Positions 50,151 to 63,130 of a DNA stretch of 64,000 nt are shown piece after piece. The stretch covers positions 47,762,988 to 47,826,987 of the forward strand of contig NC_068997.1 of NCBI RefSeq assembly GCF_001194135.2. The letters are read 5' to 3'. Under the pieces are notes generated by a model. It searched no databases, was not told where the DNA came from, and saw only the letters and a list, made by a program, of their open reading frames with translations. Each line of letters starts with the position of its first letter. Within the stretch, counting starts at the first letter, position 1. The DNA is from Octopus bimaculoides. Lineage: Eukaryota. A program made the position numbers and the translations under genes.

Positions 50151-52169
50151 CTAAATCTAAGTGAAGAAAATATTACAAAATTCTAGTTTCTTTTAGGTAC
50201 CCATGTGTATGTATAACCCACAGAAAGCCTTGTGAATTACAGTTAGACAGGTTTCCTTAACTGAAACAATCTCGCTATTTTTGAAGGTAGTAAAAGATGT
50301 TTAAGGAATCGATCTCTATCTCTTTCTAAATGCACTTAATTATTCAGACAATTGCATCAAATGTAAAGGAAGATAATTAACTGCACAGGAAGTATAATCG
50401 GTGTTTCACAATTACCAAAAATAATACAAACCAACATTATCGAACATCCATCTTCCATACTAGCATGGTTCAGATGATTTTACCTGATCTAATGAGTTGG
50501 AGGATTGTGACATGGTTCAGCATCTGCTTTGGCATGATGATTTCTATGGCTGAGTTTTCCTTCTAACATCAGCCATTTCAAAGAGTGTATTAGGTGCATT
50601 GTTCATGGTACTTATGAGGTCACCGTGTAACTCACAAGACTGAAGAGGAAGGTGGTCTTACGCAGGGTGTTAAGACATTAAAGTATAAATGAACAGGCAG
50701 GGACAGATTTCCTGTTGTAGAATAGAGATACATTGCAACCTTGCATTACATAAAAAGGTGGGTAGAAGTTATCAGGGTGAAACTAAGGTGTCAGAATGTG
50801 CCCTCAAGGAACAAGGTGAATAGAGTAAGAGAGGACTGATACAGGTAGGTAGAAGCTGCTTGAGTATGGGAAGAATGAAGTATGGCAAGTGGTGGGGGGG
50901 ATGGAAGGTGAAAGCAGTGAGGTGACCGAGGAAGGAGTAGGGATAAGAATGAAAGAGGAATGTCAAAGGGAGTAGTTCCGGGTAGTAGGAGAGACGACTG
51001 ATAACACAAAAGAATGAAGTATATACAGGAGAAGACATTCAATCCTTATGTTAACAGGGCAATTCAAATTGCCTTTAGTAACTTAATAAAATTATTTTGT
51101 TACAATATTTTTTCTTTCATATATTTTTAATGCTTTCCTTGCTGTAGAGAGTTTTTTTTTTTTCATGCATGTATTGTATATGTGAAAAAAAATATTTAGG
51201 GAGAAATGTCCAGTAAAATCATCATCGTCTTAANNNNNNNNNNNNNNNNNNNNNNNNNNNNNNNNNNNNNNNNNNNNNNNNNNNNNNAACTCCAATGTGA
51301 TGTTTGAAATTTAAAGTAGAAACCTAACAGGCTTGTAAGGAGAGTGACCATGCAAATGTGCATAAACAAAAAGCTACATATAGAAAGAAAGCTTGAAAGT
51401 AATCAGCCACCCATCTTACATGCTATAGATTTCTTTAAAAAAAAAAAAGAGCAAATTCATTTGACTGGCAGTTTTCTCAATAGCTATACTGAAGTGTGGA
51501 ATGAATGCAATAGCAACAGATACTATTTCTTCCTATTTATGAATTTATGCACCCATTAACACACTGGCTTCCTTACAGTTTCCATCTACCAACTTCACTT
51601 GAGATATTAATATGTGGCTATGATACAGTAAGATCATACATTAAGATCATGTGAAGCTAACTTCTGTTTGCACCTGATTATATACGTATGAAGTCTGATC
51701 GATAAGCATCCGGACTGTTGCTATAGTAATGAAACTAGAGTATCCAGAGTGAAGCTGTTGGGCAAAAATTGACTGATCTCTTCTCTATATGTGTACTAAG
51801 TTTCAACATTCTGGCTCACTTGCATTGTTTACAGCAGTGCTTGGAAGGAACATGTGTAATATGTGATCGTCATATTGACCATGGCACAGAGTTGTCAGGG
51901 CAATACCTGCACAGAGGCCTACACAAAGTTGCTTATATGCAATGATATTATAGACTCAAACAACATCTGAGAGCATCATCTGGTTGAAGCAGTTGTTTTT
52001 GTGTTAAATCCTTTGAGAGTCTGATTGAAGTTGTGTTATTTTGTATTTGTTGAAGGTCTCCACACATGAGTGCACTTGTGAATTGTTGAATTACTGTTGC
52101 TATTTTCTGAATACAGATCTGTTAATTTGTGGTTGTTTTCTTCCCCATTTATGGGTGAAGTGGAGAAGA

Positions 52170-52890
52170 GAGGAACAAAATCAATACCACCAAAGGACGG
52201 AAGTTATGCTGCAGCCACTGGCAAAAGTATAGACACCGATGCTTTGGAGGTTTGAGAAGTGAAGGTGGAACCAAAAATGTGGAAGGAGAGTAAAAAGTTA
52301 ATCGAAAGAGAAGGAACCGGTTTGAGGTTAACCCCACCGGAAGAGCTAAAGAATAGTGTTGTTGAGAGAACAGTGGTGTATGGAATGCCATCAGTGTCAT
52401 CCAAAAGGATACAAAATGCTGCCATTGAAGCAATAGAAGAATGTTTAAAAGAAATTTAAAATTCTACAACTTTTTACATGAGGTAGAGAGTATGGCACAG
52501 TGGAGGTGAAGTTTGTGAATGAAGATGCGATAAATCACTCCACTGTGGCCAAAAGGACACAAGAGATGCTTCTGCCAACTTACTGATAGCAGCAGTAAGG
52601 CATAATATGGAAGAAGAAGCAAAGATACTAAAGGTTACAGGAACCAATAAGATGAACTGTGGGGTTATGGCCTTGAAATGGCTATACAAGTGAGTCCAAG
52701 GGACTTACATAATATTGCAGAAGAGATAATATTTCCAGATGACATTAGACTGAGTGTGGTGGTGGAGGGTAGACCTCCAGCATGCTACCAATGTAGGGAG
52801 AAGGGGCACATGAAGGCAAGGTGCCCCCAGAAGGAAAATAAAGACGAGGAGCAGCAGAAACATCAGACTGTTGAACAAGTCTGAAATGGT
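52170..52890 (+). mobile_element. Decayed non-LTR retrotransposon ORF1 (gag-like) with CCHC zinc knuckle
   Basis: VVVEGRPPACYQCREKGHMKARCP (Cx2Cx4Hx4C); upstream IEECLKEI...YGTVEVKF...LLPTY is homologous to 62169-62460. Confidence 0.75.
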
Positions 52891-53949
52891 GGTATGATAG
52901 GGTAAGGAAGCAGAAGCTTTTACTGTAGTAAACAGAAGAGGAAGGAATGCGTGAACTGCTGCCGGAGAGTCAGAAAAGGAAAAAGGAGGTGGAGATGGAC
53001 ATGAAAGAGTTCCGGCGGAACATAAAACTGAGAAAGTAATTTGCTGCAATGGACAACCATGTTTAAAGGAGGCCACTTGTTGGGAATGCCCAAATTCACT
53101 GGTATTAGGAAGTGGCAAAGTGGGAGTGGTGTAAATTCCCACTGTAATGGCAAACATTTAAATTTTATTGATAGCAGGTTACATTGAGATGAATATATTC
53201 ACCCATCATAACTATAGTTAAAATTAAAGTGATGACAAAATTGATACTTGTTATGCCAAGCCAGTTGATGAATCGGATATGAAGAGAACAAACCACTAAA
53301 TATTCCAAATACAAAACTGGTTTCCATCCAAATTCCTGTAGATGGGGAAGAGGTGGAGGTGAAAGAAAATAGTACTTGTGTCACAATTGTTAACCTTTAT
53401 CAGGTTTTTATGTGTAGCCAAGCAGGACATTGTTGGTTTTATCAATAGATCTGCACCATGGTTGAGTGAATCAGAATATAGAATTAAATAGAACAAATCC
53501 CAATGAGATTACATGGTCATTTTGAAAAATGAAGAAAAGCAACTTGGTGCTTATAATGGTGTACAAGTTCACACAGGTGGTGCTGAAAGTGTAAGCTTAC
53601 AGAAAATCTTTGAAAGCTGTATTCTGTCAGTCATTTGAGTTGTTTTATTTTTCACTACATCAAGTAGGAAATTTTATCTATAGAATGAAATAAGAGACAA
53701 CTGCAAATGTCTGGTTGCTTGGTAATGCTTTCACAAATATCAATACACTATAATAACTATTTTCTCATATGAAAGTGAACAGCTCATATGGTTAGATTTG
53801 AACCCACAGTCACAGTAAACTTGATACAGTAACTGTTCCACATGTGAAGACATGAGCAATGTAAGTACAAGGATGGATACATGGTTAAAAGCTTTGCTTC
53901 ATGTGTGGGTTTAGTTCCATCTCACATTACATTACCTTTTTCATTTGAA

Positions 53950-54600
53950 ACATGCCATTTCTGCACCTTGATTGTGAATCAATTTGTCCGTGATTCTTCC
54001 TATTTAATTAGGATTCCCTTTTCTCATTTTTGTAGTAATCGTTGGCGATTTCCTTCCTCCGTTTTCTGTTGGACTTTCCTCCGTTTCCAAAGAAGAGCGT
54101 CTGCTCAAAACATTAAACCAGCTTTCTTTCCTTTCCTGAGCATCTGCTAATACATTACATGTACCACGTCCTTGCTTAGTTTTTTTGTGTTTGTTCTTTT
54201 TCAGATTTACTGTGTGTGTGTATATTGCACATCTCCTGCCCACGGATTACACTCGACCTATCTACTGATTTGAAATCGCCGCAATACATCACGGCAGCTG
54301 AAACTTTTGAACTTTTTCACTCATGTAAACCTCCATTACATTTACATTTTTTTCTCTCCTTGTTTCCTTCTGTGTACCTTTCAGTTGAAGAGCGTAGGCT
54401 CGAAACGTTAAAGACTTTCTCTATTCTTGAGAGTTATACTAATACATCCATTTGTTCTTTACACCACCTGTCTTCGTCTGTTTTTTTCGTAAATTCTCCC
54501 CTATATATATGTATATATTTGCTCAAAGCAATAGAACACTTAATATAAGCTCAATAAAATATTCCTTTTGTATATTCTTTATAAAATTTATATATCTATA
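53950..54600 (+). mobile_element. Penelope-LTR-like repeat with two degenerate hammerhead motifs
   Basis: Motifs at 54083-54118 and 54378-54413; terminal 90 bp shared with 48025-48110; ends in (TA)n. Confidence 0.55.
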
Positions 54601-54638
54601 TATCTATATATATATATATATACATACACATACATACA

Positions 54639-55530
54639 TACAGGGTGCAATAGGTAAATTGTCACCATTTTATATTTCTAATTTCAGGAATGCACATCGT
54701 TTTTAATGACTATACAGTATATTAGGGTCAGTTGGGCACCATTTGTAAGAAAAACAGTATCATGATGCAATTCACTGCCAGAAATTTGGAAACGACATGC
54801 TTCCAGCATTCATGCCCTCACCAAGTCAATCAGGTTCATTTCTAGAGACATGAGTGTATGTTTATCAGGCAGGTAGTGCATGAAGACATTCAGTATTCCT
54901 TGTACAAGATAAGAAAGGGCCAATTTTTATCCCAAGCCATTAAAGACAAAAGGAAAAACCACACAATGGCACTTTTGAACAAGCTCAAGCATCCCTTCCA
55001 ACAGAACATGCTTTGGTTTTTCTCAGACAAGAAAAATTTGTCCGGATCAGACAGTGAGCACAGAACAACCATTGGTTCATGTCCCCAAAACATGTACAGA
55101 GTGCTAAAAATCAAACAACCAGTCAGTATCATGGCGTTTGGAGTGATCACTAGTGATGGCAACATTAAACCGCCATCTTCCCACAGCCTCGGACTCAATA
55201 CGGTGGCCTACATCAAGTGTCTGGAGGAGGTAGTGCTGCCCTGGGTGAAGAGGGTGCCTGTTGGAAAAGCCTAAATCTGGCAACAGGACTCTGGGCTCTC
55301 CTGCTTGTGTGGAATGGTACAGTCATGGCTGCCAGACAATTTCTGTGACCACATTGCACCTAACATCTGGCCACCTAACTCCCCAGACTACAGCTCCCTT
55401 GATTATTATGGGGGGGAGGGGGAGCAGTTGAATGAGAGGCCAACAAAACTAACACCAAAGATGAACTGAATGCAAGGATTATGGCAGCATTCGACTTTGA
55501 AAAATAAGGACCAATGATGGCAGCTTTTCC
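54639..55530 (+). mobile_element. maT (DD37D) Tc1/mariner transposon remnant
   Basis: TA-CAGGGTG terminus; KGQFLSQAIKDKRK...LLNKLKHP...LWFFSD.K...FGVITSDG...YIKCLEEVVLPW...WQQDS...WPPNSPD..LDYY...NTKDELNARIMAAF. Confidence 0.88.
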
Positions 55531-55975
55531 AACAGCCTCCTTCAACTCTTCTGGATGGTCTCCTTGTGTAAGGACAAAAACAGAAATGCTGTTATTGTGA
55601 ACTGAACATTACATGGAAATGATAAACAACTGAATTATGACCAAAACGTATGCCTATTCAATGTGTGGGGTTTCAGCAGGATGGGGCAACGGCCCACACA
55701 GCCAGAACATCAATGGACGTTCTTCACCTTTTTGGTGACGACCTCATTTCTAGGTTTGCTGACATTCCTTGGCCCCCTTGGTTCTGATTTGTCCATGTGT
55801 GATAGTTGTGCGGAAACAAGACGTGTATGTGCATAAGCCCCATACATTGGACGGTTTGAAGGCAATTATTTGTGTGGAAGTCATCAAAATCGACAGAGCA
55901 ATGCTGGCGAGAGTGGAGGCCAACTTTCAAGAATGCCTTCAGAAATGCATTAGGGAAAACACATGATAGATGTTT
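55530..55975 (+). mobile_element. rosa/DD41D-like Tc1/mariner transposase remnant
   Basis: FQQDGATAHTARTSMDVLHLFGDDLISRFADIPWPP..DLSMCD...VYVHKPHTLDGLK; D-D spacing of about 40-41 residues estimated across frameshifts. Confidence 0.75.
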
Positions 55976-56149
55976 TCCACATTTGATTTTGCTAATTCAA
56001 TACGAACACATCGATGTCCATAAAATTTGTTTGCAGCTAAAATTAATGATCGTGAATTTTTCCAAAACTTCCATCCCTCTGCCCCACCATATTAAATATC
56101 TGTTAAAATGAGTTATTTTCATTTTTGCATAATTTAGACAATTTATTCG

Positions 56150-56620
56150 TATCCCAATAATTGCTTCTATACCCACTCAACCTAATCCCTCTTAATGCCT
56201 TTCTTTAGCTTGTGGAACAATTCCTATAGAGATATCAGGGTCTACAATGCGTCTTCTATACAGAGAATATCTGGATCTCATCTGAACTATTGAATATACA
56301 TATATTAGTGTGACTTTAGGGAAATTTTAAATACTCCATTAATAATATTCAGACTTGTCTCCATGACAAGAAGGAAAACTGATCATTGAAATAATTCTCA
56401 CATGTCCAGGAAGTTGTGATCCAGTTACACTACGAAGGCCACAAATCTACTGTAAAATATTCATATAAAATATCTTAGATAATAAACAAGTAGTCATGTG
56501 AGAACACGAAATGATAAACATGAAAACGCTTGTAGATATCAATGACAATGTAAGTGGATAGATGTAACCATGGTGACCTTGACAGTGTTCACTGAAGCAG
56601 CAATGACATTTCAAAGACAA
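56150..56620 (-). pseudogene. Possible decayed class A GPCR fragment (TM1-TM3)
   Basis: Mosaic-frame NVIAASVNTVKVTMV / ISTSVFMFIISCSHMT / LLVYYLRYFI / SVFLLVMETS...GVFKISLKSH resembles molluscan peptide-receptor-like GPCRs (GN; STSVY.F.LA.SD; SVWLLV..T.ER..GV.FPLK); many disablements. Confidence 0.35.
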
Positions 56621-57559
56621 TGTATATCAGTCTGAGAAATTTTTTTTTTCTTCTATAAACTTAGAAGAGCAGAGTAAACATGGGTTTTTAAGCAATAAAG
56701 ATTTCATAGAGCAAATATTTCAAAACACACGTAATTTTAGCCTTCAGCACAATATAGGTGCATCATGCCACCATATGAGTTTTCTTCTCGGCAGTAACAG
56801 AGCAGTGGTGGGGGAAACAACTAGAGAAGATGGTGTGTGTGGACAGGTTAATGTCTGGTGTTCTGGCAGAGATGTTCTGCTCGACAGTGGGTTGCATGTA
56901 GCAGGTACAGACAGGGCCTCTAAACATGGTCACTTGTGGTGCAGGTGTGCTCCTGCTTGAAAAACAAGCATTCATGACCGAAGATTTACATGTGATTAAG
57001 AGAGAACGCAAACTGGAAATGTGACATGATTGGGAAAATCCATGTTGCTATAGACAACCATGCTGAAGGAAGGTCACTTGTTGAGAGTGTCCAAGTTCAC
57101 TAGAGAAAGTAAATGACAAAGTGGTATGAACTAATTCTCTTGTGAGGACAACGTTAGGACTTCTAGTATAATTGTAATAGATGTTCATGTTTAGTTTCAA
57201 GTTATTTCCTTAAATTAAGGGATGGGTGTGAAAGGGAGTGACAATACCTTTTATGTGTAGACAAGCTGATAATTTTGTCAATAACCTGCACCAAGTTTGA
57301 ATGCACAAAGATATATAAGAGAATCTACAAGTCCATCAAGGCATGAAATTTTAACTGAATACAAAATGGGTCACTAATGTAAATGTTCACAAAAGCACCA
57401 AGATACAAAGTAGAAAAGTGACTAAGTTTACTCAAATTGGTTCTCTAAGATTAAACAGTTTAAGTTACAACCTTACACTCATATATTAAGGTGTGGCTAG
57501 AGTTTGAAGATGCATTAAAAAATGGAGTTTTTATTTTATTGGTGAAAGGGTAAAGTCTT

Positions 57560-59510
57560 CCTTCAGTCATGAATGAAGATGGAACAGCACCTAGAAAATG
57601 ACCCTCCCAGGCACAAGCCTGAACGAGGTTTTTGTGGAAGGCCAATGCATACCATGCTCCCCTCTCCTCAGCATGCTACTAAACCAGCCTGCACTAACAT
57701 CTTTAAATGGCATAATGAAAACTCGTGCAAGAGCAGTATTGACCCCCAAATGAAGAGAATTTAGAAACATTATTCATCAAGCACAACACGTGAAGAGATT
57801 TCCGATTCTTGTCAGGCTCGCTCTTCCTTGCTTTCTCTCTCTCACTCTGTGGGGACAAATACCAAAATCACAGTGCTCTTATAACTGGAGCCAATATGAA
57901 TGCCCATCTTGAAAGAGTGAAAGACCATAAGTATTCCACAGATTTAACATCTATTTTCCATGACGGAATGGGTTGGACAAAATGACAAACAGAAGCTGCA
58001 AACAGAAATTGCCAATATCTAACTGAATTTATACTTGAGGGTCACTATGTCTAAATGCCAAACTCAAAACACCAAAGGATGTACTAATATAGTAAACAGT
58101 ATACATCCAACACCCTCAAATGAAGCCAATTTCAAAAAGCTACAGAAAAACTGAATAGGGCTACATCAATCTTAACAACAAGCCACATCCAATGTAAAAT
58201 AAATCAAGTTAAAAACACTGCCACAAACAAGCAGATGTTACAAGTCTTGTGGACTAAAGACAAGCAGATGCAAAACCAAATCAAAACTAAGCTTAAAAAG
58301 TGGAGGGATCATTTTCCAAATTTGCTATTGTTGTCAGGCTTTATCACTTTCTGTGGGGACAAATACCAAAGCACAGTGCTCTCATATGAATGTCCTTCTT
58401 GAAGGAGTGAAAGGCCATAAATACATATTCCACACAACATTTAACATACACTTTTCATGCTGGCATGGGTTGGACAAAAACTACGAACAGGGTACAAATA
58501 AATTACTAATATCTAGCTGAATTTATTCTTGAAAACCAGTAAATTTAAGCATCAAATTGCAAACAAAACTCTCCAAACTATATACGTTCATCTAGGTCAA
58601 GGGATTGAAGACTCAACAAATTTAAATGATAATCAACAAAAAATTGGTGAATAGCACTTTAAACAGTTTTACAATTCTTTTGACCTGCAGATTATACCCA
58701 ACTGAATACCCATCAAACTCACTTTCTGTTGAACAGTTTCAGTCTTCCAAATTCCCTTTATTGCACAACACACCAAGCTGTCTCTAAGTGGAACATTTTG
58801 AATCCATTTCAGTACAGAATTTAACTGCTATGACATTGTCAACAATGTAGCCAGAACCATGCTCTCGTAACTGGAGGCAATATGAATGCCAGTCCTGAAA
58901 TAGTCAAAGCCCATAGGTATTCCACACATTTAACATCTATTTTCCATGATGGAATGGGTTGGACAAAATGACAGACAGAAGCTGCAAACAGAAATTGCCA
59001 ATATCTAACTGAATTTATACTTGANNNNNNNNNNNNNNNNNNNNNNNNNNNNNNNNNNNNNNNNNNNNNNNNNNNNNNNNNNNNNNNNNNNNNNNNNNNN
59101 NNNNNNNNNNNNNNNNNNNNNNNNTACAAGTCTTGTGGACTAAAGACAAGCAGATGCAAAACCAAATCAAAACTTTAAGCTTAAAAAGTGGAGGGATCAT
59201 TTTCAAAATTTGCTTAGGAATATACCCTCTGTGTTTGATAAAGATGTACCATTGATTATAAACCACACCCTAGATATCATAGCTGGCAATTTCAACATCA
59301 ATGAACTGAAGTAATTCTTTAAAAACACTAGAAAGTGAAAGTCAGCTGGATTGGATAACATTGCACATGTTTGGAAAACAGGAGAGTTCAATGACATTCT
59401 TTTAAGCTTCTGCAATACTGTCTATAATGGAGGCAACATTGACAAATAGACAGAAAGCTGCATACTCCCATTTCCAAAGAAAGCCAATCTGGGTCTCAAA
59501 GAACTACAAA
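57560..59510 (+). mobile_element. RTE-X/RTE LINE ORF remnant, EN region present in three tandem partial copies
   Basis: HSALITGANMNAHL...NRNCQYLTEFILE; KWRDHFQNLL...KSAGLDNIAHVWKTGEFNDILLSFCNTVYN...CILPFPKK..LG..KNY; repeats at about 57845, 58335 and 58865. Confidence 0.8.
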
Positions 59511-62009
59511 GACATCACTTACAGAATATACACTTTCTACTTTTCTAAAATATTCTTCATAGTTTTCATCAACATGCATTTTGTAATTCCCATGATTTCC
59601 TGCATTTCATGTCATTGAAAAGAAATCTTAAAGCTCTATTTTCCCATGGGTTCAATATTAAAAAGTTACAAAATTACTAACAATAAGTGAACTATACTTA
59701 AAGGCAAATTTCATCCGATTTTTAAGCTTATTCCTTTAAGCATGGAAGGAAAAAGCAGACAAACAGATCCAAATCATGCTAAATATTCACACCGATAATT
59801 TAATATGTTGAAGAAGCTAGTTGATTGTAACTAATTGGCAAGAAGCAACACTTCAAACGATTATGTCATACCTACATCAATAAAAAAAAAAGGACCTTTA
59901 GTTGAGGCTTGAAGTATAAAAAAAAGCATGGCCATATATCAAACATTGTGCACAATCTAATGTTTCAACAGGAAGTTTCTGACTTATGTCAACTTCAGAT
60001 TTAGATTTTGACATTTTTCTAGCTTGAATCATTTCAAGCAATATTTTATCTCAAGTAGCCTTTTGATAGCAGCTTATTCAGTACAATTGAGCTTCATACC
60101 AGCAAATGATTTGGCCCTTATAATCAGAATATATATGGCCATATTGGTTTTAAAATATCTAATTTCCATAGCCCATCCCAAGAACCAATACAAGTACCAC
60201 TCGTATTCAGAGTTTCTAAATTATCAAGAAACCAAATTAAACGCCATACCAAAATCTCCAAAGTATATTCAAGAGGGATTGTGAATACATTTCTATTTGG
60301 CATTTTCTGCATTATTTTCAAGGTCTGATCAGTAAGTATCAAGACTGTTGCTATGGTAACAGAGCTAAAGTATGCAGTGTGAAGTGGCTTAGTGTGCATA
60401 TGCAACAGGTCAAGGTCTATCTATACCAAGTTATAACAGTCTCACTTCTGTTTAATGCAGGACCGATAATGTCATCATTTGGTCTTTGATTACCTTTTAA
60501 GGTCAAGTTGAAAGGAATCAGTCAGATTCCTGGTTTGAGGCAAACTACCTTTCTTCACACCATTTATAAAGGCCCCAAAGAAAGCCAGGAGTATTGTCCT
60601 TCCTCTAGATTTAAATAGTAATTCCGCCTTGGTGATCAATGTGTTCCTCTAAGATGGTCTTTCATTTAGCAATTAAAGTATTAGGATCAATTTGTCTGAT
60701 TAAACTCTTCAAAGTATGTATTTGATTATTCATTTGTTTATCTCTCTATAAATTTGTCTTTCTCTACAAAGATGCTGTGATATATGTAACATTAGTTGAC
60801 TGACTAAAGAGTGACCAAATAGCTGCTGATCATGATCTTGTACTGATCTTCCTCCCCCACCCCACTGTAAAAGTATTCTTTGAATACATAAGGCACCATG
60901 TGGAATAAAAACTTTAATGCTGAATTAATATTTTAGTAATACTATCAGCATTAGAATAAATCTGTAGATGCAAGTTCACATCACCACAATCTATTTTTAT
61001 TTATCAACAAATTCGCTAAAACTTCTGTTGTAATAAAACTACAAGCATTTTGGGCAAGTGGTTTCTCTACAGTCAGTCCAAGCTTTGCAAGACTATAAAC
61101 ACAAACCAGTTGTAGTGTCACGAGATGAACTGTCCCTGTTATTATAATGGTTACATTATCATACTAATTCTGTTGACCACACTAACAGTATGTCTAGAAT
61201 ACTCATACTTGTACTATAATTCAGTGAATAACTAATTTTGACAAAGCATTTCCTGTAGGTTGATCAACTGAACTGACAAAGACTCATTTGTTCCATTAGA
61301 TTGTCCTCTTTCATGTCTTTTGCATTTTAGTAACTCATTTCAAAGAAATTTTAATTCCAAGAAGTTTATATTTTAACTTGTATTAATTGAGCAAATACAA
61401 TAGTTAAGATTTAAATAATTTTGGTAAAGAGAAGCAAATTTTAATCAACTATTTTGTGGTTAGAAATTAGCTGCTTGTCTGCTAGGATTCTGCCATTCTC
61501 CAAATCTCTTTGGAACTGGTTTCAATCTCATCTGAGTTGGTCAGAATATAACCAACCTAGTGTTATATTCATTTCTACATATACAAGTACAAAAGGCTCA
61601 GGTTAAAATGCCTCATGAAAGTCAAACTCCATCCAAATTAAAATTTTTACAACCAGTTCAGGTAGATTATGTCTAATTTTCAAACAGTACCTTATTGTTG
61701 GATAGGTAGGATTTTGTAATAATACCCTATTATGGGGATGATAATGTTCTCAGTAATCAAAGGATAATTATCAGCAGGTGATGGAATTTTCTACCCAGGC
61801 ATTCACTTCTACAATAGATTTTTATTGCTTAGTTGATTACACATTCTCCATTTGTATTTAAATACAAGTTTTGTATAACCAGGTTACATGATTAACATTC
61901 TACTTGATTTGTTGGTAACTTTTTTAAAAAGGTATGAAGTAGAATCAACCAAGTAGCAAATGTTTTAAGCTTATATAATGTAAATATATAAATTTTATGT
62001 CAGGTCAGA

Positions 62010-62480
62010 AAAGGAGAAAATGGAAAAGAAAAAGTTAGACTTTGCAGCAGTGGCCGGTGCCAAACTGAAAAAAGTCAATTTAAATGATACCAATAAACAC
62101 AAACAGATGATGAAAAGGGAGGGGCACAGCATTATTGCAGCCCCTCCCCAAAGTTTCCTAGAAAAAAATTGAAAAGCAAACAATTATCTTTAAAACCTAT
62201 AAAATTAAGGAAAAAACAAACCGATTATGTTACTGAACCTGAAATAGAAAAGTGCCTCAAACCAATATGGCCAAAAATCACATATATTGCTAGATGCAAA
62301 CGGTACGTGACAATCGAGGTAAGAATGGAGTCAGAAGAAGCAGCCCGACTCCATTCTGTGGAGCCTCTAAAGACTGATAATATAGTTCTCCTACCACTAT
62401 ATATGGGTAGGAGAACATCCAAAATTACAATCAGTAATATTCCCCCTAAAACTACCACTTTGCCTCCATTTGGCTCAATG
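62010..62480 (+). mobile_element. Non-LTR retrotransposon ORF1 5' fragment (family of 52170-52890)
   Basis: KLDFAAVAG (SYAAVA-like) ...EIEKCLKPIWPKITYIARCKRYVTIEVRMESEEAA...LLPLYMGRRTSKITISNIPP; frameshifted. Confidence 0.65.
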
Positions 62481-62574
62481 CTAGAATGGAACTCTGTCAC
62501 CTCGACTCTGCGAGGCCCAACACTTGAAAGGAACTCAAATATTGTTCCTCTGTGAGAGCTAATGCTCAAAAATT

Positions 62575-63130
62575 GATTCTTTATGTGTCACCAGTATGGG
62601 TGCACTTAGCTTGACGGGTCTCTCAAGTACAGTACATCACCAAAGGTCTTGGTCACTAGTCATTGCATCTGTGAGGTTCAAAGTTCACCACCTCATCCAA
62701 TATCTTCCAGGGTCTGTCTACCACAGGTTCCCTCCAGAGATCAACACCTCTTTACAGTTGTTCTCGCCCATATGCATCACGTGACCATGCCAGCACAGTC
62801 TCTCTTGCATGCGTCTGATTCTACTTATGCCTAACTTCTCTCTTAAGATGCTTACAAGCATGCGCACTGACATTGCACATCCAGCAAAGCATACAAGCTT
62901 CATTTCTCTCAAGCCTACACATGTCCCTGGCTGTTATAGCCCATGTTTCATTGCCATGCAGCATAGCTGTTCACACAAAGGTATCAAACAATCTGCCTTT
63001 CACTGTGAGAGGGCCTTTGTTTGTTGTCAGCAAGGGTAGGAGCTCGGAATTTACCCAGCCTAATCTTTCTCACAGTTATGCCAGAAGACCTAAAATATGT
63101 TAACTGGGGGAAAGACTGCACTATCACAGA
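62575..63130 (-). mobile_element. RTE LINE ORF 3' remnant
   Basis: ELLPLL...KGRLFD..V*TAMLHGNETW...LREKLGISRIRRMQERLCWHGHVM...LTDAMTSDQDLW. Confidence 0.85.

Noticed and set aside
62020-62100. WH2/beta-thymosin-like LKKV motif (DFAAVAGAKLKKV)
   Set aside because: No splice context, and it runs by frameshift into LINE ORF1 sequence, where AAVA motifs are common.
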